Below, piece by piece: positions 50,580-62,095 of a DNA stretch of 64,000 bases. Source of the stretch: Squalus acanthias. Taxonomy: Eukaryota. A model generated the notes under the pieces. That model had not been told where the DNA came from and searched no databases. It saw only the letters and a program-made list of their open reading frames with translations. Location: assembly GCA_030390025.1 (NCBI GenBank), contig CM059431.1, forward strand, positions 116,438,001 through 116,502,000. The letters are read 5' to 3'. Each line of letters opens with the position of its first letter. Within the stretch, counting starts at the first letter, position 1. The position numbers and the translations under genes are program-made.

Positions 50580-51348
50580 GGCCAGAATTTGCTGTAGCAG
50601 GGTATCTGCCGTTAGTTAGACTTGTCCTTGCACGTTTAGGTTTTTAAAATTTTGCGTGGCAAGTTGCTGCAAGTGCGAGCTGATAACGTCGCAGCGAGGG
50701 AAACAGGGCATCTGGGACCTGAGTGACCAGGGCAAGAAACTGTATATCTCCTTAACCAATCAGATTGCAGGATTGTGAAATTACCAGCGCCAGGACTGAG
50801 AAGGAAGTGTAAGTTAGAGTGGGTGAATTCAATGTCAAATCAGGTACAGAAAGAGGAATAAAGAGAGGGTAAGAAAGATTGGATTAAGAGAGAGAGCAAG
50901 AAAAAAGAGACCGAAAGGAAAAGTAAAAAACAATAAACAATTTTAAATTTGACATTTTTAAAATCTCCAACAACAGTTAAAATCTGAAGGAATGAGACTC
51001 CACACTTGCAATGGTTAATTTTCAGTGCCAGAGAGGTTGATTGGCAGTAATTAACACTTATCACATCGTTAAAATAGTACTTAGACTGAAATAGACAAGA
51101 TTTAACTTTCTTTGGCGGGTTTAGCTCGTATCTACCGCGCAAATACAGCAACTTAATGCCGTTCAATGCATTAAGCAAGATGTCGTTTTCACGAAGCTAA
51201 TGGTGGAACGGCGCATCTCGTACAGCAACTTTTGTATATTTGAGTTTAACTGCGCATCTGCCCCTTGCATGAAGTTGTTGTACCATTTGCGCATAAATAA
51301 TGTTGAGTGCCATTAACCTCACCGTTATTTTGACAGCAAATTTTGGCT
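50580..51348. mobile_element. MITE with Harbinger-like termini
   Basis: TIRs ggccagaatttgctgt / acagcaaattttggct. Confidence 0.75.
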
Positions 51349-51926
51349 CATTCTCTACAACATTATTGTTCTGCTGCAATTTTCTGCATTACTGATGCCT
51401 ATTCATTATCATTTAAGACTGCGAGCAGATTTTTTTTTACAACCTTTTATTTAGAATGTATCTTCTACTTTAACGAATCAGGGCAGAGAAGACCATCTTA
51501 TTGGTCACTATTGGATTGTGCTAGTCCAGGGGCATTGAACTGGTAACTTGCCAAACTGAATGCTCCTCACACAAGCTGATGATTATAAGAGGCCCAGGCA
51601 TTCTTTTGACGAGCAAGTTTGACTCAGATTTTTGCAATATTTTGGATGATTTGAAAAATGAATTTGTGTCGCATTAAGGAGGGACCAAGTGTTCCCCGAT
51701 GATGACCATCAAATTAATTTTTAATGTTCAGTACATGTTAGTACAGAAATACTAATAATCCCAATTGATATACAGAAATGTAAACTGCGACACAACTATA
51801 AAATAGCAGGTCATCAGTCAATAACTATCTAAAACTTTATTCCAACATAACTAATACAATGACAGATCCTTTATTTTGTTTATCAAATGAGCAAGAAACA
51901 TCAAATCCAGCAATTCTAAGCTTATT

Positions 51927-52722
51927 GGTCTAGAAATTTGGGCACACCTATTTTGGGGCAACTGGGGACACTCCTTGTACCTGAATGGTGAGGCCCGAGA
52001 CACTCCCGATATTTTGCCTTGGGCCTCATTTCCGTTGGACCATTCAGCACCTCACCCGGCCAATGGAAATGAGGCCTGAGGCCCAATATTGGGCCGCTAA
52101 AGCGCGATTGAAGATTTGGCCACTGCTGGCTTCACAGCAACTCTCAGGTAAGTGAGCAAGGGGGTGGGGCGACCGCGAAGGGAGCTGACTGGGAAAGGGG
52201 GCGAGATTGGGAAGTGGGGTGATCGGGTCGAGAGATAGCGGTGGCCCGGAAGGATGTAATATTGGGTGAGGGGTGGGGGGAGGAAATAACGGTGGGGAGA
52301 GCGGCGGCAATCGGGGAGCAGGGGGCTGACCCATGTTCTTAGAATGTGGGGTCATGAGGAGCACTCCTGCTCCTCCCAGCTCCACATTCAGGTAAGTGCA
52401 TATTAAAAACTTGCCTTGTTGGCTGCCGCATGTAAACCTAGTTTTTCTGAGTGTATCCAGCGCTGGTGCCAGCTTTCTCAGGGCAACCCGATCTTGCACT
52501 GGAGGCCTCAAACAGGTGTTAAGCCCTTTATTTGTATATGAAAAGGCCCTATCATCTGTTTCAGGTGTGGGCAGTGCACATCGATATTTTGGCCTTTACC
52601 AATATGGCGGGCTGCGCATTTATGGCTCGTAATGAGCATGTGCTTCCTGCCCACCATATTGGAAGCTCAGGACACTGTTGAGCATCTGAAAAATGGGCGC
52701 AGCACGGCTGGATTTCTAGGCC
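51927..52722. mobile_element. Harbinger-like MITE
   Basis: TIRs ggtctagaaat / atttctaggcc; exact TSD ATT. Confidence 0.75.
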
Positions 52723-53189
52723 ATTCTCCTTCTGGAATATTTAAATTTATTCTGCTTCATAAACACCAGAATTCCATTTTCAAATTAATTATAATAAGCA
52801 AAGCAAATGACATGGCTAAAATCAAATATATCATCCAAGTTTTAAATATTAATTTTTTTCTCTTTCAGATCAATATTTCTCCCGTGTGCTTGTCTTTAAA
52901 AACCAGGGAAACATCCATCAGTACTAATGGCCTCCCAATCATGGCATTAGGAATTAACATCATAAGCTTGATTGTGTTGTGATTTATATACATACACATA
53001 GAAATATTAATCTTACGTCTAACAAAATTAAAATCTCTTTGATGCAAAGCATATAATGAAAGAAACTTTCAGTAAAGTAATTGAGTTTGGCAATTTTGTT
53101 CCTGACTTAGATATAATTTGAGGTCTTTATTCCAAAAGCAGTATCATTAATTGCTCTCCTCACAACATCGTAACAAAAGGTTAGAGTGA

Positions 53190-54900
53190 CTACTGAGGGC
53201 CTAAGGCATAGACTTTGAGGAGTCTTAACTGAAGTATTAAAATGCAATTTTGGAATGGTAGGATTCTCAAAGGACCAATATGTCCTAGATTGTTCTCACG
53301 TGGCCCCACACAGTCCCTTGCTCAATGTGACCACCTAAATCAATTAGAAAGGATTCCAATCTCTCAATGTGCAGCTTGTTTTTGACCAGCAGCACTGCAG
53401 GATCCAAGTGAATGTTCATTTCACTGGGAGCTGCCCTCACGCCTACATTTTAAGGCAGTTCATGATCCCAGCACTCTGGCCCAGAAAAGGAAGCTTCTGA
53501 TAGTTTAAGGCTATCCTCTACAGCCATGGCTTATGACACCTGTATTGCAAAAAGATCCCTTCATACACAAAAGTAATGATTGAGCCCTCATTAGGTATGT
53601 TGAAAGCACTGTTCAAGATCGCTGGTTTGGCTGCTGTGCACCTGAGAAAACTGACCGGAGCATGCATGCTGAGGTCAGTCGCAATCCAATTTCACAAAGG
53701 GGCTTAAAGAGGTATTAGGCCTCAATTTGCACAAGCAATGGGTGAAAAACTAGTTTCAGGAGGGCGTTCTGGACGTCAACAGGGTACCTTAACCAATATG
53801 GTGTGTGGTGCACTTCTGGTGTGGACTGAGCATGTGCATACTGCATGCCAAATTGGGCACTGCACAATCATTTGGAGGCCAAGAGAACAAGCCCTCTCCA
53901 ATCTGGCACCCCAGCCTCTATGTGAGAAGTCAGAGCATACATGGAAGGAACACAGACTGTTCTTAGGTCCTCTATCATGGAGAACCCTGTTGAAAATGCC
54001 TTTGGAACTTCCACAGGCTCCTAGGTAGACTGCAGAGTTGCAAAACTGCTTTCCAGTATCCTGTACACGATGACACTGGGCTTTCCCACCAAGCCACCAC
54101 GTGCAGCACACAATCTAGCATAGCATAGCATAGCGTGCCTAATGCTGTGCAACATCTCCCTGTTCATGTGCTACCAACAACTGCTGGTGCTTGGCCATGC
54201 CTCCCAGTGCACTCCCCTCTGGCTCACTATCTAACTCCCTCCTGGTAAATGTCTCTGAGCTGGTGCTTGTGAGGGATAGACTGAGCGATGGCATGTATAT
54301 TGAAGTCCTTGCAGGGCAAGGTGACTTGAGGCTCATGTATTATTCCTCATCAAACTCTAGATAAAGAGAAGGAGGAAGAGAGATGACAGTAAATTCTTGC
54401 TGAGCAGAGTTTACGTGTTACTTACAGTACGAGCGATATGACAGTTTCATGACAAGGTTTGTTGATAGTCAGTGCAGGATGTAATAGGCTAAGAAGTAAG
54501 AGAAGCAGATGTTCATCATGAAGCCATAGCTGGCACATGCCCTTGTACTTCCCCATTTCTGGCACCCTATATAAACTCTCTCTCTCTAGGATTTGCTGTA
54601 AGATTTTTTGCAGGTGTGAGGTGCTTCTACATGTTGAAGCTTTCTCTCACACACACATTAGAGTTAGGGGTTGTCTTCTCCTTTGTACAGTGCATTCTTG
54701 GAAGCTGTTGCTGGCCTGTCTTTCCTTGGCAATCTCCTGCATTGCAACTTTCTTTGGGGACCTGCAGTGCTCGGTGCCAAAGAGCATTGCCCTCATCTCT
54801 TTTTTTTATCTGCAGCAGCAGTTCCACTGCCTACCTGGGAGCTCTCTGTCCCTTGAAGACCCAGCAACCATTCTGCAATCTCAGACCTCCTTTCCCTGAA
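53190..54900 (+). mobile_element. Old Harbinger remnant: transposase (+, ~53190-53630) and convergent Myb/SANT (-, ~54880-54620)
   Basis: RKGFQSLNVQLVFDQQH...TGSCPHAYILRQ, GYPLQPWLMTP, LGMLK; minus strand QRAPR*AVELLLQ...ESFNM. Confidence 0.7.
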
Positions 54901-55793
54901 TATAAATGATAATGATGCTGCCTGCCCCTTTGAACTGCTGCAGACCTTTTAATCCTGCAGCTGGACACTGCTTACTGTCCTCAAATGGGAAAACTCCCAA
55001 TCAGAGGCATCAGTGATTATTATGGAAGACTCAGCACTCATAACGTTGCACCGATAATTAATTGCGCTCCACATTCCATCCTACTTTCAGTCCAACTCAT
55101 CTCCAATTGGAAAATGCAGGCTTGTGAGTGTATAGATGGCAAATAAGGACGAGATCAGGTTCAGCTGCAATGTCACTCAGTATCTGCGATTCTTAATTAT
55201 TTTTATTTATTAATTTACGGGATGTGGGCGTCGCTGACAAGGCTGGCATTTATTGCCCATCCCTAATTGCCCTTGAGCAAGTGGTGATGAGCCACCTTCT
55301 TGAACCGCTGCAGTCCGTGTGGTGAAGGTACTCCCACAGTGCTGTTAGATAGGGTTCCAGGATTTTGAGCCAGTGACGAAGAAGGAACGGCGATATATTT
55401 CCAAGTCAGGCTGGTGTGTGACTTGGAGGGGAACTTTCAGGTAATGGTGTTCCCATGTGCCTGCTGCCCTTGTCCTTCTAGGTGGTATAGGTCGTGCATT
55501 TGGAAGGTGATGCTGAAGAAGCCTTGGCAAGTTGCTGCAGTGCATCTTGTAGATGGTATGCACTGCAGCCATGGTACGCCTGTGGTGGACAGAGTGAATG
55601 TTTAAGGTGGTAGATGGGGTGCTGATCAAATGGGTTGCTTTGTCCTGGATGGTGTCGAGCTTCCTGAGTGTTGTTGGAGCTGCACTCATCCAGACAAGAG
55701 GACAGTATTCCATCACACTCCTGACTTGTGCCTTGTAGATGGTGGACAGGCTTTTGGGAGTCAGGAGGTGAGACACTCGCCGCAGAATACCTA

Positions 55794-56688
55794 GGGGGAA
55801 AAATTTGGTTGCTTTGCGCCTTCCATTAGCGCCCTAAGAGGACGCTAATGGGGCGCAAAGCAACTAGTGCCCGGGCGTGGCGATGTTTGCGCCGCTCGCA
55901 AAATTGACCAGACATTTTGTGGTGGCACTAAACACTACCGCCACAATCTCCTGCGCCCGCATCATGACATCAGTCGAGCGTGCAATGCCCGCGTAGCGCC
56001 CCGGACCAGATATTGAGTGGCGCCCCCTGCCTTTCCGCCTGCCGCAAGCAATGACAGGTTGAGGGGAACGTTTTGCAGTCGGGAAGGGACTAGGGGAGCG
56101 CTATTTAAAAGCGACCGCCTCCTGCCTTTTTTTGTTGGCGGCATTTTTGCACCACGCATTCTGAGAGAGAGAGAGATACTTCTGGAGAAGGAGTGTGAAG
56201 GAGCTGTGTGAAGGAGTTTTGGGTACTGAGCAGCACTTTGCAGGTTCATTTTTATTTGACCTTCCTTGCATCGATTTAGAAGAGACTGTGGGGGCTGCAC
56301 TCTAGTTCTTTCGCTGGGCCTCTCCAGTGTTCTTTCCAGCAGAATTGATGTACAGGTCTCTCCAGGCCGAGATTCAAGGCTGCAATGAGCAGGGTGTGGA
56401 TGGAGAGCAAGATCGACCCTCCTCTTTAAGAAGTGGCCGACGCCAATGTGTCTGTGTTCCATTGCTGACTGACATCACACAGGCTTCGCCAGCGCTCTGA
56501 GATAACGCCTCACTCCTCGGCGTTAGCACTTTAAGAGAGGTGTATAGCACCTGATTTAGCGCTCCAATCACCTCCAGGGGCGATAGAAGCCAAGTTTGCA
56601 GTCGGAGGCGATAATTAGCGCCAGGCGCTAAACTTTGCGCCTGGCCGATAATTGCACCTCAAACGGGGCTATACCGAATTACTGCCCC
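55794..56688 (+). mobile_element. Non-autonomous deletion derivative related to the Harbinger at 2247-6416
   Basis: Both ends are colinear with 2247-2750 and 6080-6416; TIRs gggggaaaaatttggt / accgaattactgcccc; TSD CTA/GTA. Confidence 0.85.
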
Positions 56689-56767
56689 GTAGCCTCTGAC
56701 CTGCTCTTGTAGCCACAGTATTTATATGACTGATCCAGTTAAGTTTCTGGTCAAAGATGACCCCCAG

Positions 56768-56886
56768 TGTAAAGGAATAGCCATATTTCAGTAAAATACA
56801 CCATTCTATGAAAGAATTCTGATTTAAACATGACATACTGGGTTTGAAAATTTAAAAGCCTCAACGACACAAAGCTGTAAACAGCA
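56768..56886 (+). repeat. 5' LTR remnant (first 119 bp only)
   Basis: 110/119 identical to 62096-62214 by manual count, ungapped; the rest of the LTR, the PBS and the gag 5' end are deleted. Confidence 0.9.
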
Positions 56887-57411
56887 AACTAAACCTATAA
56901 TGAGATCAGAAACTAAGGATAAAAAAACCAGAGAAGGTACCCTTGGTACTCAGAAACAAGGACTGTATAGACCCAAGTCTCAAGTCCACCCCACCCAGAC
57001 ACAAACCCATGGCTCGGGACCCCCAAGAGGGTATTCCAGAAGGTTTACACCCCCAACTCGCCCACAATATGAGAACGATTTCTCCCCAGAAAGATGGGAT
57101 AGACGAGGGGCTAGACCTCGAAAGAAAGCGAAGGACAGTGGACTCCCTATGGGGACAGCTTTTACACTAGCCAAAACTATCAGAGAGCCATGGGAGGATA
57201 TCGGGAAAACCGATATGGGGATCAAAAAGATTCCCGGCAGAATCAACATCCACCTCAACAGGAGGATCGTTAAGATAATAAACAGTCCGACAAACCCCCT
57301 AAGGGATTTGAAAAACATGATACCCCCAAGAGGGAGGAACAAAAATCTGTTAAAATAATTAAAGACAAAGCAGCAAATGAAACTCAGGATTCTGAGGATG
57401 AGCAATCCCAG
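56887..57411 (+). pseudogene. gag: gag C-terminal remnant (Gly/Arg/Pro-rich, no Cys-His box seen)
   Basis: GSGPPRGYSRRFTPPTRP...RWDRRGARPR immediately upstream of the protease. Confidence 0.55.
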
Positions 57412-59620
57412 GTGCCAGGGCCTCTTGAATTCCCCTATACCTTGGCAACCTTACCCACAAACACACAAGTGAAGGCCCTGTTTGATACGGGAGCTGATTA
57501 CACTGTAATAGATCCTACAATTATAAAAACTAAGTGGACAGATTTGGGGAGCCCAATTTGTAAAAAAACCATTAGGGGGATTCACACAAGACAAAACCCA
57601 AAATCATTAATTTTTACAAAATACCTATTAATTACATGGAATCACGATGACCCTAGATGTAGGACTGGTACCACAATTGGCCTGTTCCCTCATTATAGGA
57701 CAACCAGACATGAAACATTACCTTAAAATCTCAACCAGACCTGTAGAAGCATCCACAGACCAGGATGACAGGGAAAAACACGTTCGAACACAGCTTGATC
57801 GAACTTGCCTAGAGGGGTGAGGCAAAGACCTCCTCGAGCAACTCATTAATAGATACTACCCTTATCTACAATGCCATCCAAATCAATGTGGAAAGATAGA
57901 GCATCTCCCCATCATGGAAGATGATGATACGGAGGAGGGAATCAGACGAATACCTATGAGACCGCTTACAGAATAGCATCAAGTTATTTACTGTGATGGA
58001 TCATCAATGAAGATTAAAAAAGGGACATCCCAACAATCCTCAGCTGGGATAGGGATAGTAGTAGGGACTTTTCGAGATTCCTATTCTTTTTATCCAGAAG
58101 AATTACTGTCTATACCCCTTGGCCATAAGACAGCGCAATATGCTGAAGCCGCAGCATTACAGTATGCTTTCGAAAAGGCAGACTTTATTAAACCCACACT
58201 AATCTGTACGGATTGTGGGAAGACATTCTCCATTCGAGAATGGAGAAACAGAATTGTCAGGTGATTCATGTAAATGGGCATACAACTGGGACAGTACACT
58301 CAAAAGGAAACAGCCTTGCAGACGAACAAGCAAAACGTTCGGTCTGCATGACACCCCCTCGAGAGGGGCCTGCCAATGTTAGTGTAATCACTAGGGCAGA
58401 ACGGGCAGCCAATTCAGGATGAGGAACTGATTCAGCTATTAGACCCAACAAAAGAGAATCTACTAGGATATCCAACAAAGTATTTTTACTCGGAAAACCC
58501 TACAGGTATTGTGCTAGTTAAGTTGCCCAAGGGAAACCGAGAAGTACCCCCGAGACACAAACGAGAACAACTTGTAAAAGAAGCTCACGAGGGCATAAGA
58601 CAAGCACATTGAGGTGCCAGAACAACATTCTGCAAATTGACCCCCTAATATTGGTGGCCAGGCATGCTTAAGGCCTGTAAAACATACGTGGCAAATTGTG
58701 AGCCATGCTATTTAACCAATAAGTCATCACTAATTATTGGCTCACCATTGGCTCCTGTGAAAGCTGATGAGCCAATGGGGAAATCTTTTATTGACTTTAT
58801 TGGACCACTTCCCCCATCTTTGGGATACAGACATGTTCTCATTTGTGTAGATGGATGCACTTCCTTCTGTTGGCTGGTCCCCACAAAATCTGTTTCGGAA
58901 AACGCACTTGCCAAGGCTATTTCTGACAATTACTGTAGCTGGTGCACCCAAAATCTTACACTCCGATCAAGGTGGAGCCTTTGTCTCCAAGGTCTTCAAA
59001 GACTACTGCGAACAAAGGAGGATTGGGTTAGAGCACAGCACGCCACATCATCCGCAATCAGCGGGGCTGGTGGAACGTAAAAACCAGGAAGTAAAAAAGC
59101 TATTGGGCAAACTGTTGAGAATCAGGGGGGAATAAGTGGACCACCGTCATTCCGGAGGTGCAGCTATCACTCAATAATGTGCCCGCATCTGCATCAGGGA
59201 CAGTGTCCCCTAAAACTCCATATTATCTGATGTATGGGGTTGAGATGCATACACCGCTTACCCATAGTTCTTTTATTGCCTCTACACACTCTGAGTCCTT
59301 GACCCGACAGCGACAGTTAGATTTAAAAAAAGAAGTAACAGAGGAGATTCATCGAATTGATCAGAGGATAAGGGAGGCAAATAGGCAGAAAAAATTGACA
59401 AACAAAGCATGGCAACCCCTAGCAGGAGAATGGGTAGAGGAAAAGAAGTTCGAGCAAAAACCTGGATTGAGACCGAAGTGGAAAAAACCTGTTCAAGTAC
59501 ATTCTGTTATTAACGAAAGAACAGTTCAAATACATATTAACCAGCCGAATGGCAAGCATATTCTTAAAACTGTCTCCATAGACAATCTCAAAAGATGTCC
59601 TGCGGGATACCAAAATGAAG
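57412..59620 (+). pseudogene. pol: pol: aspartic protease, RT N-terminus (core deleted near 57910), RNase H, integrase
   Basis: ALFDTGADYTVI; LINRYYPYLQCHPNQCGK; YCDGSS...SAGIGIV...SIPLGHKTAQYAE...HVNGH...GNSLADEQAK; YWWPGM...CEPC...FIDFIGPLPPSLGY...PKILHSDQGGAF...STPHHPQSAGLVERKN...GLRPKWKKP...KTVSIDNLK. Confidence 0.93.
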
Positions 59621-60042
59621 GAACAATACAAGGTGCAGTCGTACATTGTCTTTCAAGACCCAGCTTGGAGCACGACACAGGAAATGGATGTGATCGAATA
59701 ACTGACGACCGTCAGTCAGACGGTGTCGCTGGCTCCTCTACACGATGCTTGGCAACGCATCAGGAATTGGATTCGCAAAAAGCAACAACCGAAACAAGGA
59801 AAGATTAACGCGTTACTTTAACGAAGGAGGAAGACACCGTGGATGAAGAAGGAATCAACTGAGCTCCTGGCAAGGCCTTTACGAAAACACGCATCTGTAC
59901 ACACGCCGGATCGAAGGAACAGCGTGTCAAGCTTCAACTAGTTTCAAATGACGTCTCCTTGACTCGTATGAATAACTCAACTCTACAGAACGTACATCTG
60001 CCGATTGGACATTCTAATTACATGTTGTTTCTCTACTTGCAT

Positions 60043-61905
60043 GACTAGCAAAAGCTTCTATAAATATGTAAAAAGAAAGAGGTTAGTAAAAACAAACGTA
60101 GGTCCCCTGCAGTCGGAAACAGGGGAAGTCATAATGGGGAACAAGGAAATGGCTGATCAATTGAACAAGTACTTTGGTTCGGTGTTTACTGTGGAGGACA
60201 CACACAACCTGCTGGAAATAAAAGGGGTCAGAGGATCTGGTAAGAGGGAGGAGCTGAGGGAAATCCTTATTAGTCGGGAAAAGGTATTGGGGAAATTGAT
60301 GGGACTGAAGGCTGAAAAATCCCCGGGGCCTGATGGTCTGCATCCCAGAGTACTTAAGGAGGTGGCCTTGGAAATAGTGGATGCATTGACGATCATTTTC
60401 CAACATTCCTTAGACTCTGGATCAGTTCCGATGGAGTGGAGGGTGGCCAATGTAACCCCTCTTTTTAAAAAAGGAGGGAGGGAGAAAGCAGGGAATTATA
60501 GACCGGTCAGCCTGACATCGGTCGTGGGTAAAATGATGGAAGCAATTATTAAAGATGTCATAACAGACCATTTGGAAAGTGGCGACATGATAGGTCCAAG
60601 TCAGCATGGATTTGTGAAAGGGAAATCATGCTTGACAAATCTTCTGGAATTTTTTGAGGATGTTTCCAATAGGGTGGACAGGGGGAAACCAGTAGATGTG
60701 GTGTATTTGGACTTTCAGAAGGCCTTCGACAAGGTCCCACACAAGAGATTGGTGAGCAAAGTTAAAGCACATGGGATTGGGGGTAATGTGTTGACGTGGA
60801 TTGAGAACTGGTTGGCACACAGGAAACAAAGAGTAGGAGTAAATGGGTACTTTTCAGAATGGCAGGCAGTGACCAGCGGGGTACCGCAGGGTTCGGTGCT
60901 GGGACCCCAGCTGTTTACATTATATATTAATGATTTGGACGAAGGGATTAAATGTAATATCTCCAAATTTGCAGATGACACTAAATTGGGAGGCAGTGTG
61001 AACAATGAGGAGGATGCTAGGAGGCTACAGAGTGACTTGGACAGGTTGGGTGAATGGGCAAATGTATGGCAGATGAAGTACAATGTGGATAAATGTGAGG
61101 TTATCCACTTTGGTGGGAAAAATAGAGAGGCGGACTATTACCTGAATGGTGGCAGATTAGGGAAAGGGGACGTGCAACGAGACCTGGGCGTCATGGTACA
61201 TCAGTCACTGAAGGTGGGAATGCAAGTGCAGCAGGCAGTCAAGAAAGCAAACGGAATGATGGCCTTCATAGCAAGGGGATTTGAGTACAGGAGTAGGGAG
61301 GTGATGCTACAGTTGTACAGGGCCTTGGTGAGGCCACACCTGGAGTATTGTGCGCAGTTTTGGTCTCCTAACTTAAGGAAGGACATTCTTGCTATTGAGG
61401 GAGTGCAGCGAAGGTTCACTAGATTGATTCCTGGGATGGCCGGACTGACATATCAAGAAAGATTGGGTCAACTGAACTTGTATCCTCTGGAGTTCAGAAG
61501 AATGAGGGGGGATCTTATAGAGACATTTAAAATCCTGACTGGTTTAGACAAATTAGATGCAGGCAGAATGTTCCCAATGGTAGGGAAAACTAGAACCAGG
61601 GGTCACAGTCTAAGGATTAAGGGGAAGCCATTTAGGACTGAGCTGAGGAGGAACTTCTTCACCCAGAGAGTGGTGAATCTATGGAATTCTCTTCCACAGA
61701 AGGTTGTTGAGGCCAGTTCGCTAAATATATTCAAAAGGGAGTTAGATATAACACTCACAACTAAGGGGATCAAGGGGTATGGCGAGAAAGCAGGAATGGG
61801 GTACTGAGGTAGCATGTTCAGCCATGAACGCATTGAATGGCGGTGCAGGCTCGAAGGACCGAATGGTCTACTCCTGTACCTATTTTCTATGTTTCTATGT
61901 TATGT
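60043..61905 (+). mobile_element. Young CR1 with an uninterrupted ~590-codon ORF2 segment, inserted in the provirus
   Basis: ORF to 61807 carries all RT motifs with no stop; tail ttctatgtttctatgtt; no EN or ORF1 (5'-truncated). Confidence 0.95.
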
Positions 61906-62083
61906 ACCTATCATCCTTTTAAATTGTGTTCAATTTAAAATAAGGCAAAACACTGTCCTAGGATGACTTAAAAGCAATTTTCATGTAGCACATGATTGTG
62001 AATCTCGTGAAATTAATATGCTATTGTAACCTTATTAGTAACATTGACCAAATTCTGCCCTGATGTTTTGAGCTCATTTTTTG

Positions 62084-62095
62084 GTCAAGAGGGGA
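62084..62095 (+). other. Polypurine tract
   Basis: caagagggga directly before the TG of the 3' LTR, preceded by a T-run. Confidence 0.7.

Noticed and set aside
60005..61807. 600-aa ORF taken as the provirus RT or a host gene
   Set aside because: It is a non-LTR CR1 RT ([14 protein letters not shown]) with a CR1 tail, inserted secondarily; the start is a chance fusion with viral sequence.
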